A stretch of DNA of 36,505 nt, taken from the NCBI GenBank assembly GCA_018831055.1, contig JAHJRE010000110.1, positions 1 through 36,505 of the forward strand, given 5' to 3'. Below, one piece after another: positions 9,047 through 17,148 of the stretch. Position 1 is the first letter of the stretch. Each line of letters starts with the position of its first letter. Source of the DNA: Bacteroidota bacterium (GTDB taxonomy: Bacteria > Bacteroidota > Bacteroidia > Bacteroidales > B18-G4). The position numbers and the translations under genes were made by a program. A model generated the notes under the pieces. The model saw only the letters and a program-made list of their open reading frames with translations. It had not been told where the DNA came from and made no database searches.

Positions 9047-10111
9047 CTATTTGCCATACTCCAAACCATAACGGTTCAATATTTCGCTGTAAAGGGGCAA
9101 TTCTATCTTGCTGACCAAAACCGGATCAATTTCATGTATCAGGTCTTTATTGGTTGAAGCAAAAGAAAAATATTCCTTGGTATATGCGCTTGGTATCAAT
9201 AGAATTTTCTCTTCCAGGAATAAATGTTGTACCATGTACCTGAGTATGGCCTCATCGTATACAAAAGCCTGTAATATTTCTTTATTGACTGCATCCAGTC
9301 CTTTTCCAAGATCTTTCATGTTTTGTGATATGATACCGTATTCTTTCAGGAATTCTGCTGATGCCGAATTCTCAATGCTACCCACACTCACGCGTTGCAA
9401 ATCCTCCAGCCCCTTTACCGCTGATGATAAATTGTGTACCGTTAACGCTGAAGCAATGGCAGCAGTGAAACTGGATATCAAAACAATAGCCGTGAACATC
9501 CAGATTATGGAGATTATCCTGCCCATGATGGTTTTAGGTGTTTTATCCCCGTATCCCACCGTGGTCATTGTCACCGCCGACCACCAGATCCCATCACCAA
9601 GTCCCTTGATACCATCATTGAAATGATCTTTGTTTTTTCTCCTCTCAAGTAACCAGACTATGGTACCAAATATAACTATGATAAGAAAAAAAGCCGAGAC
9701 TATCCGAAGAAACTCCCATGACATCAATCCCCGGAAAATCGTAGTAAAAGTGCCTCCGGACTTTGCTTTCACCGCTATGGCCAGGTTGGTGACGTAAAAT
9801 GGTTGTGTGAAATAAAACTTCTTTATCCGTTCGGCAGTCACAGTCAATGGATTGATGCTAAGATCAACATCTCCATTCTCTATAGCCTGAAGTAACCCTC
9901 CCAGATCATATTCCCTGAATTCATAATCATAATGAAGATCCTCGGCTATTATTTTCCATAAATCAATAGATACTCCATTATATGTTTCACCATTTTTGAT
10001 TACAAACGGTGGCGCCTCCTTAATCCCTATTATCAGTTTCCTTTCCTGCGAATATCCTGAAAAACAACTAAAGATAACAGCGATGCCCAAAATCAAGACG
10101 TACCTTTTCAT
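9047..10111 (-). CDS. GluR0-like ligand-gated potassium channel: solute-binding lobe S1, then pore (M1–P–M2), then lobe S2
   Basis: It has a signal peptide. An SBP-family-3-like N-terminal lobe (KLIIGIKEAPPFVIK...GVSIDLW...) is followed by two hydrophobic helices flanking the K+ selectivity filter TMTTVGYGD, then a second binding-lobe segment. This is the split-SBP-plus-pore architecture of prokaryotic ionotropic glutamate receptor homologs. Confidence 0.72.
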   Translation of the reverse strand: MKRYVLILGIAVIFSCFSGYSQERKLIIGIKEAPPFVIKNGETYNGVSIDLWKIIAEDLHYDYEFREYDLGGLLQAIENGDVDLSINPLTVTAERIKKFYFTQPFYVTNLAIAVKAKSGGTFTTIFRGLMSWEFLRIVSAFFLIIVIFGTIVWLLERRKNKDHFNDGIKGLGDGIWWSAVTMTTVGYGDKTPKTIMGRIISIIWMFTAIVLISSFTAAIASALTVHNLSSAVKGLEDLQRVSVGSIENSASAEFLKEYGIISQNMKDLGKGLDAVNKEILQAFVYDEAILRYMVQHLFLEEKILLIPSAYTKEYFSFASTNKDLIHEIDPVLVSKIELPLYSEILNRYGLEYGK

Positions 10112-10230
10112 GAAAGATTTTTCGATAAAGATAATGAAGTTCTTTAAATGCTTCAGTTGACATTACCATCAAAATGTCCCTGGTTCAGGATTAATCAAGT
10201 AATTTTGCCCACAAAAAAAATAATAACTTT

Positions 10231-10641
10231 ATGGAAAAGATTAAAGAATTCATAAGCCACTGTAAAGACTTTGCCATCGCAACCGTTGATAACCATAATC
10301 ATCCACGGGTCCGGATGTTTCATCTTATGAAGTATGACAATCAAACCATGTACTTTGCAACTGCAAGAAACAAGGAAGTCTTCGGGCAATTGCAAAACAA
10401 TCCATTTATCGAACTGGTTGGCTGGAGCCAGGGTATTATGTTCCGTACCGGTGGAGCTGTTTCTTTTGATGTTGAAGGTTCATTATGCAGGGAGATATAC
10501 AACAGCAACACAATCCTGTCAAAGATATATGGCAGTTTTGAAAATCCCGAACTCGTTTATTTCAAACTCTCCCTCAGGAATGCTGAGCTTTTTAACCTGA
10601 CAAGTCTTCCTCCCACAAGGGAATTTATTGAAATGCAATAA
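10231..10641 (+). CDS. Pyridoxamine 5'-phosphate oxidase-like (FMN-binding split-barrel) family protein
   Basis: The N-terminal pattern ...FAIATVDNHNHPRVRMFHLMKYDNQTMYFATARNKEVFGQLQNNPFIELVGW... resembles PNPOx-like / general stress protein 26 proteins. The size (136 aa) fits. I am not certain of this call. Confidence 0.45.
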   Translation: MEKIKEFISHCKDFAIATVDNHNHPRVRMFHLMKYDNQTMYFATARNKEVFGQLQNNPFIELVGWSQGIMFRTGGAVSFDVEGSLCREIYNSNTILSKIYGSFENPELVYFKLSLRNAELFNLTSLPPTREFIEMQ

Positions 10642-10797
10642 CAATTCAGAGCCTGGCAAGCCATTTTGTCACATATACAAATCTAAATATGACTTTTTGT
10701 AAAGGAAAGATGAATACTTATTGATTTGGCATGTTATTCGCTTAAACCTCAGCCAAAATCCACAAAGTTTAACGATATTTGTAAAAAAGCCATTACC

Positions 10798-11745
10798 ATG
10801 AGCGAAACCACAGAAAAAGTACAATGCCTGATCATTGGATCGGGGCCTGCAGGTTATACCGCAGCCATTTATGCAGCACGTGCCGACCTAAAACCTGTTA
10901 TTTATGAAGGTTTACAACCGGGCGGGCAGTTAACCACAACCACAGAAGTCGAAAATTTCCCGGGATACCCTGAGGGCATCACAGGGCCGGTTATGATGGA
11001 AGATTTAAAAAAGCAGGCACTTCGGTTTGAAACGGATGTGCGTTTTGGTTTGATCACCGGGGTCGACTTTTCCCAAAGGCCATTTAAAGTCAAAGCCGAC
11101 GACGGGAAGACCATCCTGGCCGAAACCGTGATCATAGCTACCGGCGCAACAGCCCAATGGTTGGGATTACCATCTGAATCGGAATATAACGGTTATGGCG
11201 TGTCGGCCTGTGCCACCTGCGACGGGTTTTTCTACCGCGGAAAGGTTGTGGCCGTTGTTGGCGGTGGGGATACGGCAGCAGAAGAAGCTACCTATCTCGC
11301 CAAGCTTTGCAAAAAGGTTTATCTCATCCACCGCCGTGATGAGCTCCGCGCTTCCAAAGCCATGCAGAAGAAAGTCCTGGAAACACCCAATATTGAGGTG
11401 CTCTGGAGCCATGTCACCAAAGAGATCGTTGGGAAAAAAGAAGGTTTCGCCAAGGCTGTTACAGGTGCCATCCTGCAAAATGTAAAAACCGGGGAAGAAA
11501 AAACGATCGATATCGATGGTTTCTTTGTAGCGATCGGACATAAGCCCAACACAGAGATCTTCAAAGGACAGCTTGAAACCGATGATCTGGGATATATCCG
11601 TACGAAGCCTGATTCGACCAAAACCAATATTGAAGGGGTGTTTGCCTGCGGCGATGTACAGGATCACGTCTTCCGCCAGGCCATAACAGCGGCCGGAACA
11701 GGATGCATGGCCGCTATCGAAGCGGAACGCTTCCTGTCACACTAA
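10798..11745 (+). CDS. trxB: Thioredoxin-disulfide reductase
   Basis: The FAD-binding GSGPAGYTAA motif, the redox-active CATCDG motif and the NADPH-binding GGGDTAAEEA motif are all present. The start is placed at the internal ATG (MSETTEKVQCLIIGSGPAG...) rather than at the ORF-track start 10726. Confidence 0.9.
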   Translation: MSETTEKVQCLIIGSGPAGYTAAIYAARADLKPVIYEGLQPGGQLTTTTEVENFPGYPEGITGPVMMEDLKKQALRFETDVRFGLITGVDFSQRPFKVKADDGKTILAETVIIATGATAQWLGLPSESEYNGYGVSACATCDGFFYRGKVVAVVGGGDTAAEEATYLAKLCKKVYLIHRRDELRASKAMQKKVLETPNIEVLWSHVTKEIVGKKEGFAKAVTGAILQNVKTGEEKTIDIDGFFVAIGHKPNTEIFKGQLETDDLGYIRTKPDSTKTNIEGVFACGDVQDHVFRQAITAAGTGCMAAIEAERFLSH

Positions 11746-11781
11746 ATGCCGTATCCCGGATATCCTGAAGAAATTCTAAAG

Positions 11782-13473
11782 CTACCGGTGAATTTGCCCG
11801 AGATAAAACGATGGGCTCACACCGGTAACTTTTTTAAAGGCATTATAAAAAGTTACCCGGTTACTGAATCCCGCGTCGGAGGCAATGGCTTCAAGGGTAA
11901 GGTTTTCATGAGCATTTTCCGCGAAAAGCCTCAATACTTCATTTACACGGTACTCGTTGATCAGGGTATTGAAATTCCTGGAAAAGTGATTGTTGATCAG
12001 TCCTGACAAAACATTTTTATTGGTATTAAGCCGGGCCGCAAGGATATCCAGAGATAAACCAGGGTCAAGGTAGGCTTTTTCACTTTCAAGAACCGTCTGT
12101 AACCGGGAAATCAATTCCGTTCCGGCTTCATGATTGCATAAACCTGTCCTGGGTCTTCTTGATTTGCCAATCATCACCCCCCTTTCCACCAGATCCTGCT
12201 GCTTTTCAACCAGTAACCGGTGAGCTTTTACCAGTTTGTGGTTTCGCCACAAAAGCAGTATTAACAGAACCAACAAAGAAACAAGCAGGATGATCAGCAT
12301 GAGATTCCTGGAAAAATAGATCCTGTTCTTTTCTTCCAGGTTCCTGATCTCCCATTGTTTTTCATTGACCTCATGCCGGATCATCAATTGAGACAGTTCT
12401 GCTTCCCTTTCGCGGTGGTTCAGACTGTCGCTGATTTTCCGCTCAAGCTTGTAATATTTCAATGCCTGCAAAGGCTCACCGTTGGCCTCGTATGCCTCGG
12501 AAAGCACCTTTGCAATTTCCGCCTTATCTTCCGACATTTCACCCTTAACCGCCTGAACATAAGCCTGCAGTCCGGTTTCAATGGCTCTGACAGGTTGCCC
12601 CAGCTTCAGCCACACGTTGGCAATATTCTTGAGGGTTCCGGCTTGCCTTCCCGTGGCGTGGATATGCTCCATTACCGCCAGGGCCGAATCGTAATACATC
12701 AGAGCATTCGGGTATTGGCCCATTTTATAATATATCAAACCGTAGTTGTTGAGCCCCACCGCCAAATCATTAAGGTTTTTTGCTTTCCAGGAAATCATGA
12801 CGGAGCGCTCTGCATAATATAAAGCACTGTCGAATATTTCCTGCATCAGGTAAATATTGCTGATGTTCCCAAGAACAGAATACAGCAGGGATGAATCAGT
12901 CATATCACGGCAATAGGCGTATGCTTTGAAATAACACTTTAGAGCGGCCTCAAGGCTGTCGCTATTCATGTAAGTATTGCCGATATTATTGTAGTCAGAT
13001 GCAATCAATCGAATATCCCCGCTTTGTCTGTCTATCTCAAGTGATCGGATGAAATAATTCAATCCTGAACGATAATCACCCATTTGGGAATAAATGATCC
13101 CGATGTTTGCATACAAATCCGAAACACCGGCAGAATCCCCGGTCTCACGCATGAACATCAGAGCCTGGGAATAATAACCCAGGGCATTGGGGTACTCTCC
13201 CTTTACCAGGGCAGAAGTTCCCATCAGATGCTTTGCCCTGGCCAGTCCGCGTGAATAGCCCAGTTCATCTGAAAGTTTCTCTGCCTGCAGGGCCAATGCA
13301 TAAGTTGAGTCAGGATAGGAGAAGACAACCTGCCTTGCGTTATTTAAAATGGAGTTTATCCTTATCGTATCGTTGGAATTGACCGCTGTGGTTTCATTGG
13401 GTAAAGCGGCATTAAGGAAGGCGGAGGAGCCTGTCCATACGAAAATTATGAAAAAAACTATCCTATTCCGCAT
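11782..13473 (-). CDS. Membrane-anchored TPR-repeat / AraC-family HTH transcriptional regulator (563 aa)
   Basis: It has a signal peptide, a long TPR-like repeat region (recurring ...LG.Y..AL.YY..AL...) and a hydrophobic helix (LMLIILLVSLLVLLILLLW). The C-terminal AraC-type HTH reads ...LDPGLSLDILAARLNTNKNVLSGLIN...RVNEVLRLF...EAIASDAGFSNRVTFYNAFKKVTGVSPSFY. Confidence 0.75.
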   Translation of the reverse strand: MRNRIVFFIIFVWTGSSAFLNAALPNETTAVNSNDTIRINSILNNARQVVFSYPDSTYALALQAEKLSDELGYSRGLARAKHLMGTSALVKGEYPNALGYYSQALMFMRETGDSAGVSDLYANIGIIYSQMGDYRSGLNYFIRSLEIDRQSGDIRLIASDYNNIGNTYMNSDSLEAALKCYFKAYAYCRDMTDSSLLYSVLGNISNIYLMQEIFDSALYYAERSVMISWKAKNLNDLAVGLNNYGLIYYKMGQYPNALMYYDSALAVMEHIHATGRQAGTLKNIANVWLKLGQPVRAIETGLQAYVQAVKGEMSEDKAEIAKVLSEAYEANGEPLQALKYYKLERKISDSLNHREREAELSQLMIRHEVNEKQWEIRNLEEKNRIYFSRNLMLIILLVSLLVLLILLLWRNHKLVKAHRLLVEKQQDLVERGVMIGKSRRPRTGLCNHEAGTELISRLQTVLESEKAYLDPGLSLDILAARLNTNKNVLSGLINNHFSRNFNTLINEYRVNEVLRLFAENAHENLTLEAIASDAGFSNRVTFYNAFKKVTGVSPSFYLGQIHR

Positions 13474-13507
13474 GGGTTAAATTTTACGGAAAGATAGGGG
13501 TTTTTGA

Positions 13508-13540
13508 ACCACAATAGACACTTAGGACACATTAGTTTTT
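13508..13540 (-). promoter_or_regulatory. Copy 1 of the ctaatgtgt-n-cta-nn-gtg-n-ctattgtggt motif, about 35 bp upstream of the TPR–AraC regulator 11782-13473
   Basis: The minus strand reads aaaaactaatgtgtcctaagtgtctattgtggt, followed by ttcaaaaacccctatctttccgtaaaatttaaccc and then the ATG. It is in sense orientation relative to the regulator gene. Confidence 0.5.
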
Positions 13541-13557
13541 GCAGTTCTCATTAAATG

Positions 13558-16500
13558 CTAATTTATTAATACTCTATGAACCTGCATCTTTTCAGTCATA
13601 TGGATGCTAACAAAATAAATCCCCGAAGGCAAACCAAGCGTTTCCTGCTGATTGTGACTTCCGGTCAATGTGAACCTCAGCAACTCCCTTCCTGAAATAT
13701 CCGTCACAGAAGCCTCTCCCCTTTCACCATCCGGATTCAGGATATAGATGATGTCATTGTAATGAAATACCTGCAAAGGATGCATCATTACCGCGTCTTC
13801 TATCCCGGTTATATCCTTAAAATGCAGGAAGAAACGGCCCGTTCCGCTTTCATCCACCCAGGTGGTGTAACGCTCATTTTTCAGGTTGGTGAAGGTGTTT
13901 GTCTGGCGGTCTTCAAGGAAGAGGGGGATGCTTTCCAATTGCATTGTCTCGGCTGCAAACTCAATCTGCCGGGCCTCCGGAACATCTATACCAACATTGA
14001 CAACTATGGATTCTATGTTTTCCGGGGGCAGGGCCTGTATGGCAAAATCAACACCATTGTCTTCGATAAGCCGGGTATAGAGAGCGAGTTCAGGATTTCC
14101 CTTCATTTTTCCGACATCGTAGGATGGATCCAGGCCGGGCGTCATACCTGAAACTAATAAAATCTCAGTTTTGTTATATTGTTCTCCGGTACTTGCATAT
14201 AATCGCAAGCCCGGGTGATCGCTTTCAGTTTCATTTTTATAATAGGCGGATGTACCGTGTTTACGTATGCTCGTATTGAAATTCAGTGTTGCCCCGTTAC
14301 TGGCGGCCATAACCATAAAACCCTGGCCGGGTGAGGCGTAGAATGCAGCATCAGCGTTTGCAACCGCATCGTAATCGGCATTGCTTTTCCCGTCCCAGCC
14401 GGCGCTTTCATCCCAAAGGTAAATGGCTTCATATGAATCATTCAATGCAGCAGTATTTTGTGTCAGGAAATTATTGGTAGCATCTGCTCCGGTGTTAATG
14501 GCAATCGTTGAGCTGAAAGGATTACCAACAAGATTGGCACCCTCAAATGAACCTCCGGTTTTGGTGAGATTAATGCTCTGATTGGAAGTATGGAGGGGAC
14601 CGGATAAGGTAATGGTTTTATCTGTAGTCACATAATTTACTGCATATCCTTTGCAATCCGTAAAACCTTCTTCGTCCATTAACGTATTGGTTCCGCTGCC
14701 ATCCGCCCCATTCAGAATATCTATCCAGTAACCGGTATAAGAACCTGATGTATAGCTCTCTTCCCAGCGGTAGAATTGGTTGGATGAACTTCCGGGTGTC
14801 CCCAGCCCAAGATTTAATGCATCAAAATTTCCGCTGGTATTCACAGGATCTGAAATATAATGCCATCTGTCGTGGGTAAGAAAGCGCTCAGCTTTAATAC
14901 TTCCGTCGACTGTCCCGGTTAAGATCAGTGATCCCGTGCCTGTAGCATCCGATTCAAGGGTAAAATCACCTGGGCTGCTCAGGATATTATTATAAAGGTT
15001 ATGTCCGATAGACAACTGGCCACCGGGTTCCAGATCAAGGGAAGAGAGCGGGAGCATATACAACGACTTTGTTATGGTAAGTTTGTTCCCCGGATAAATA
15101 TTCGTATGGCCTATATTAAATACCGAACCATGAATGGTATGTGAACCCGAATAATTAAAGGTGAGGTCAACTCCGCTTCCTACCACCAGGTGATTACATG
15201 CAATGGCTGCACCAATGGTCGGATCACTCCCGCTTTGATTATGCACACCCACGTTATCTGTTGAAGTTGGTACACTCTCCCGGCTCCAGTTTGCGGCTGT
15301 GCTCCAATTGCTGGATGAGGTGTTGAGCCAGGTGTTGAAGGCGGTGGAGGTGGTCCAGGCGGGGCTATTCGTCAATGTCGCATCATTTGTGTTGCTAGTC
15401 AAATCCTGTAAAGCACTTCCTGAGTAATTGTCAAAGGTATAATAAGCAACCAGCCCTGCTTCATCGCCTTCCAGAGTTTTACACATGTTATCCCGGATCT
15501 CTTCTTCTGTGCGGACATCCGACCAAATACGAAGTTCGTCAAGCTTTCCATTGAAATATTGTTCATATCCATCTCGTTTCGCAATAATTATATTCCTGGA
15601 TAAAATACTTAAACTAACATTGGTAGAACCGCTCAGAACTCCATCAAAATAAAGATAAGCGGTTGTGCCATTATAGACGCCAGCTATATGGTGCCAGTTG
15701 TTATCATTCACTCCAAGCCATATTTCTGCTATACCACTCCCATTTCCAATACCGAAAATTATCGCAAGACTATTTGCAATTGTTAAAAAAAACCAATTAC
15801 TAGAAACATCTCTTCCATTATCTATAATTCCGTTAAAAGTTGATGTTGTTCCATCCATCTGCATCCAAAACTCAACAGTAAAATTTGAATTTTGAAGAGA
15901 AGCATTTGCCGGAATGGTTCCGTAATGTGATGATCCGTTAAAATCCAGGCAGTATTTCGGTCCGAAAAAAGCCGGGGAAGCTGACCACTCATTGCCATTC
16001 ATGTTTGTTAATGTACCATTAAGATTGTTGGAAGTAACATCATCCAGTGAGGTTCCGCTGGATTCATTAAAGTTATAATATGCAACCAGGCCGCTCTCTG
16101 AACCGGTAAATTCCTGGTACATTCCTGCCTGAATTTGTTCCTCCGTTTTTACAAAATCCCAAACCCGTACCTCATCGATCTTACCATTCCAGTAATATTG
16201 TGATACCCAAGGGTAAACACCTATTTTAAAAGACCCTGCATTTGCAATGGTACCTGAAAATGTTGAAGGCTGTGATCCGACATTTTTACCGTTTATATAT
16301 AGGATAATACTACCTCCACTGGTCCAGGTCATGGCCACATGCTGCCATAATCCGGTTGTCAGGGTTCCTGCCTGTATATATTTTTGTATACCGCTTGCAT
16401 CCCAGACTGACCCATATAATAATGTACCCGATGTTTCAAGGTCGAAAGCGGTTGAAGCCGGCAGCCATTCTACATTTGATTTTCCCATAATGGTGTGCGG

Positions 16501-16683
16501 TGCGGTTAAATCATCAGGGTAGATCCAGGCTTCAATTGTAAATGAAGTGAAATCAAAAACATCATCATCTGCAACCTCCACGTAATCATTTGCCCCATCA
16601 AAATCCAACGCGTTGTTCTGCGCCATCAAATGGGTGTTCAAACCAATAAACAATAGAATCAATAAAAAGACTTTGGCTTTCAT
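13558..16683 (-). CDS. T9SS-secreted LamG (concanavalin A-like lectin) multidomain protein (1041 aa)
   Basis: A signal peptide is followed by at least two LamG-type modules (LDFDGANDYVEV...EAWIYPD...DEVRVWDFVKTEEQI and LDFNGSSHYGT...DELRIWSDVRTEEEIRDNM). The C-terminal Por/T9SS sorting domain reads ...LPSGIYFVSIHMTEKMQVHRVLIN. Confidence 0.75.
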   Translation of the reverse strand: MKAKVFLLILLFIGLNTHLMAQNNALDFDGANDYVEVADDDVFDFTSFTIEAWIYPDDLTAPHTIMGKSNVEWLPASTAFDLETSGTLLYGSVWDASGIQKYIQAGTLTTGLWQHVAMTWTSGGSIILYINGKNVGSQPSTFSGTIANAGSFKIGVYPWVSQYYWNGKIDEVRVWDFVKTEEQIQAGMYQEFTGSESGLVAYYNFNESSGTSLDDVTSNNLNGTLTNMNGNEWSASPAFFGPKYCLDFNGSSHYGTIPANASLQNSNFTVEFWMQMDGTTSTFNGIIDNGRDVSSNWFFLTIANSLAIIFGIGNGSGIAEIWLGVNDNNWHHIAGVYNGTTAYLYFDGVLSGSTNVSLSILSRNIIIAKRDGYEQYFNGKLDELRIWSDVRTEEEIRDNMCKTLEGDEAGLVAYYTFDNYSGSALQDLTSNTNDATLTNSPAWTTSTAFNTWLNTSSSNWSTAANWSRESVPTSTDNVGVHNQSGSDPTIGAAIACNHLVVGSGVDLTFNYSGSHTIHGSVFNIGHTNIYPGNKLTITKSLYMLPLSSLDLEPGGQLSIGHNLYNNILSSPGDFTLESDATGTGSLILTGTVDGSIKAERFLTHDRWHYISDPVNTSGNFDALNLGLGTPGSSSNQFYRWEESYTSGSYTGYWIDILNGADGSGTNTLMDEEGFTDCKGYAVNYVTTDKTITLSGPLHTSNQSINLTKTGGSFEGANLVGNPFSSTIAINTGADATNNFLTQNTAALNDSYEAIYLWDESAGWDGKSNADYDAVANADAAFYASPGQGFMVMAASNGATLNFNTSIRKHGTSAYYKNETESDHPGLRLYASTGEQYNKTEILLVSGMTPGLDPSYDVGKMKGNPELALYTRLIEDNGVDFAIQALPPENIESIVVNVGIDVPEARQIEFAAETMQLESIPLFLEDRQTNTFTNLKNERYTTWVDESGTGRFFLHFKDITGIEDAVMMHPLQVFHYNDIIYILNPDGERGEASVTDISGRELLRFTLTGSHNQQETLGLPSGIYFVSIHMTEKMQVHRVLIN

Positions 16684-16792
16684 AAGTATTGATTTTAATA
16701 AAATTTGAGATAAAAGACCTGAAGCCGGATACTTGCAACCTGTAACCTGCAGCGCAAAAAATTAAGTGAATAGCCATCCCCCATGGCATTTG

Positions 16793-16870
16793 GCTTAATG
16801 ACTAATCTGGTTTGGCTTTCCGTCATAAAAGGAATCAGTATGTGACCCAAAAATATGAGAGAATAAAAAT
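16793..16870 (-). promoter_or_regulatory. Conserved 5' element upstream of LamG paralog 1 (copy A)
   Basis: The 34-nt core gcttaatgactaatctggtttggctttccgtcat (16793-16826) is identical at 31 of 34 positions to 20364-20397 upstream of the paralog. Weaker similarity continues through a shared tgacccaa block. The element lies about 105-190 bp upstream of the ATG at 16683. Confidence 0.55.
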
Positions 16871-17056
16871 AGGTAATTTTGTGTGGCAAATCAAGAGAAA
16901 ACTTTCATATATTATTAACATGAAATAAGGCTCCTAAATAACATTCCCAAGCAAGCATTATGTGAGGCAATTCTCCATTGAGTTTTTTACTTTAATCCGC
17001 TAACCAAACTACTCTGATTATTCTTGATAAATCAGGAAACGGGTAGTGATTAATTT

Positions 17057-17125
17057 ATTAATCTATCCACAATAGTCACAATAAAACACAGTAATAGACT
17101 TAAAAAACTAATGTGTGCTATTGTG
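17057..17125. repeat. Perfect 17-bp inverted repeat (ccacaatagtcacaata ... tattgtgactattgtgg) with a 35-nt spacer; the right arm is copy 2 of the ctattgtggt motif
   Basis: The arm 17057-17073 is the exact reverse complement of 17109-17125. The repeat starts about 24 nt past the stop of LamG paralog 2 (which ends at 17149). It lies about 375 bp upstream of LamG paralog 1. Confidence 0.6.
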
Positions 17126-17148
17126 ACTATTGTGGTGAAATACAATCA

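Noticed and set aside
9108-9626. A 172-aa plus-strand ORF
   Set aside because: It is antisense to the GluR0-like channel gene. It has a Ser/Leu/Cys-rich nonsense composition.
11746-11800. A weak inverted repeat (accggtg ... caccggt, 7 bp with a loop of about 30 nt) between the convergent trxB and regulator genes as a terminator
   Set aside because: The stem is short, the loop is long and there is no U-tract. This is not distinguishable from chance.
12355-12822. A 155-aa plus-strand ORF
   Set aside because: It is antisense to the TPR region of the TPR–AraC regulator. TPR repeats commonly yield open antisense frames.
16695-16889. A 64-aa minus-strand ORF (and a 36-codon counterpart at about 20290-20396) starting MTESQ(T/A)R(L/S)VIK inside the conserved LamG 5' element; considered as a conserved leader peptide or uORF
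   Set aside because: The amino-acid similarity ends exactly where the nucleotide conservation ends. The three nucleotide differences inside it are one synonymous and two nonsynonymous, giving no sign of coding constraint. The two ORFs have completely different downstream sequence and length. The conservation is better explained at the DNA or RNA level. This is reported as a regulatory element instead.
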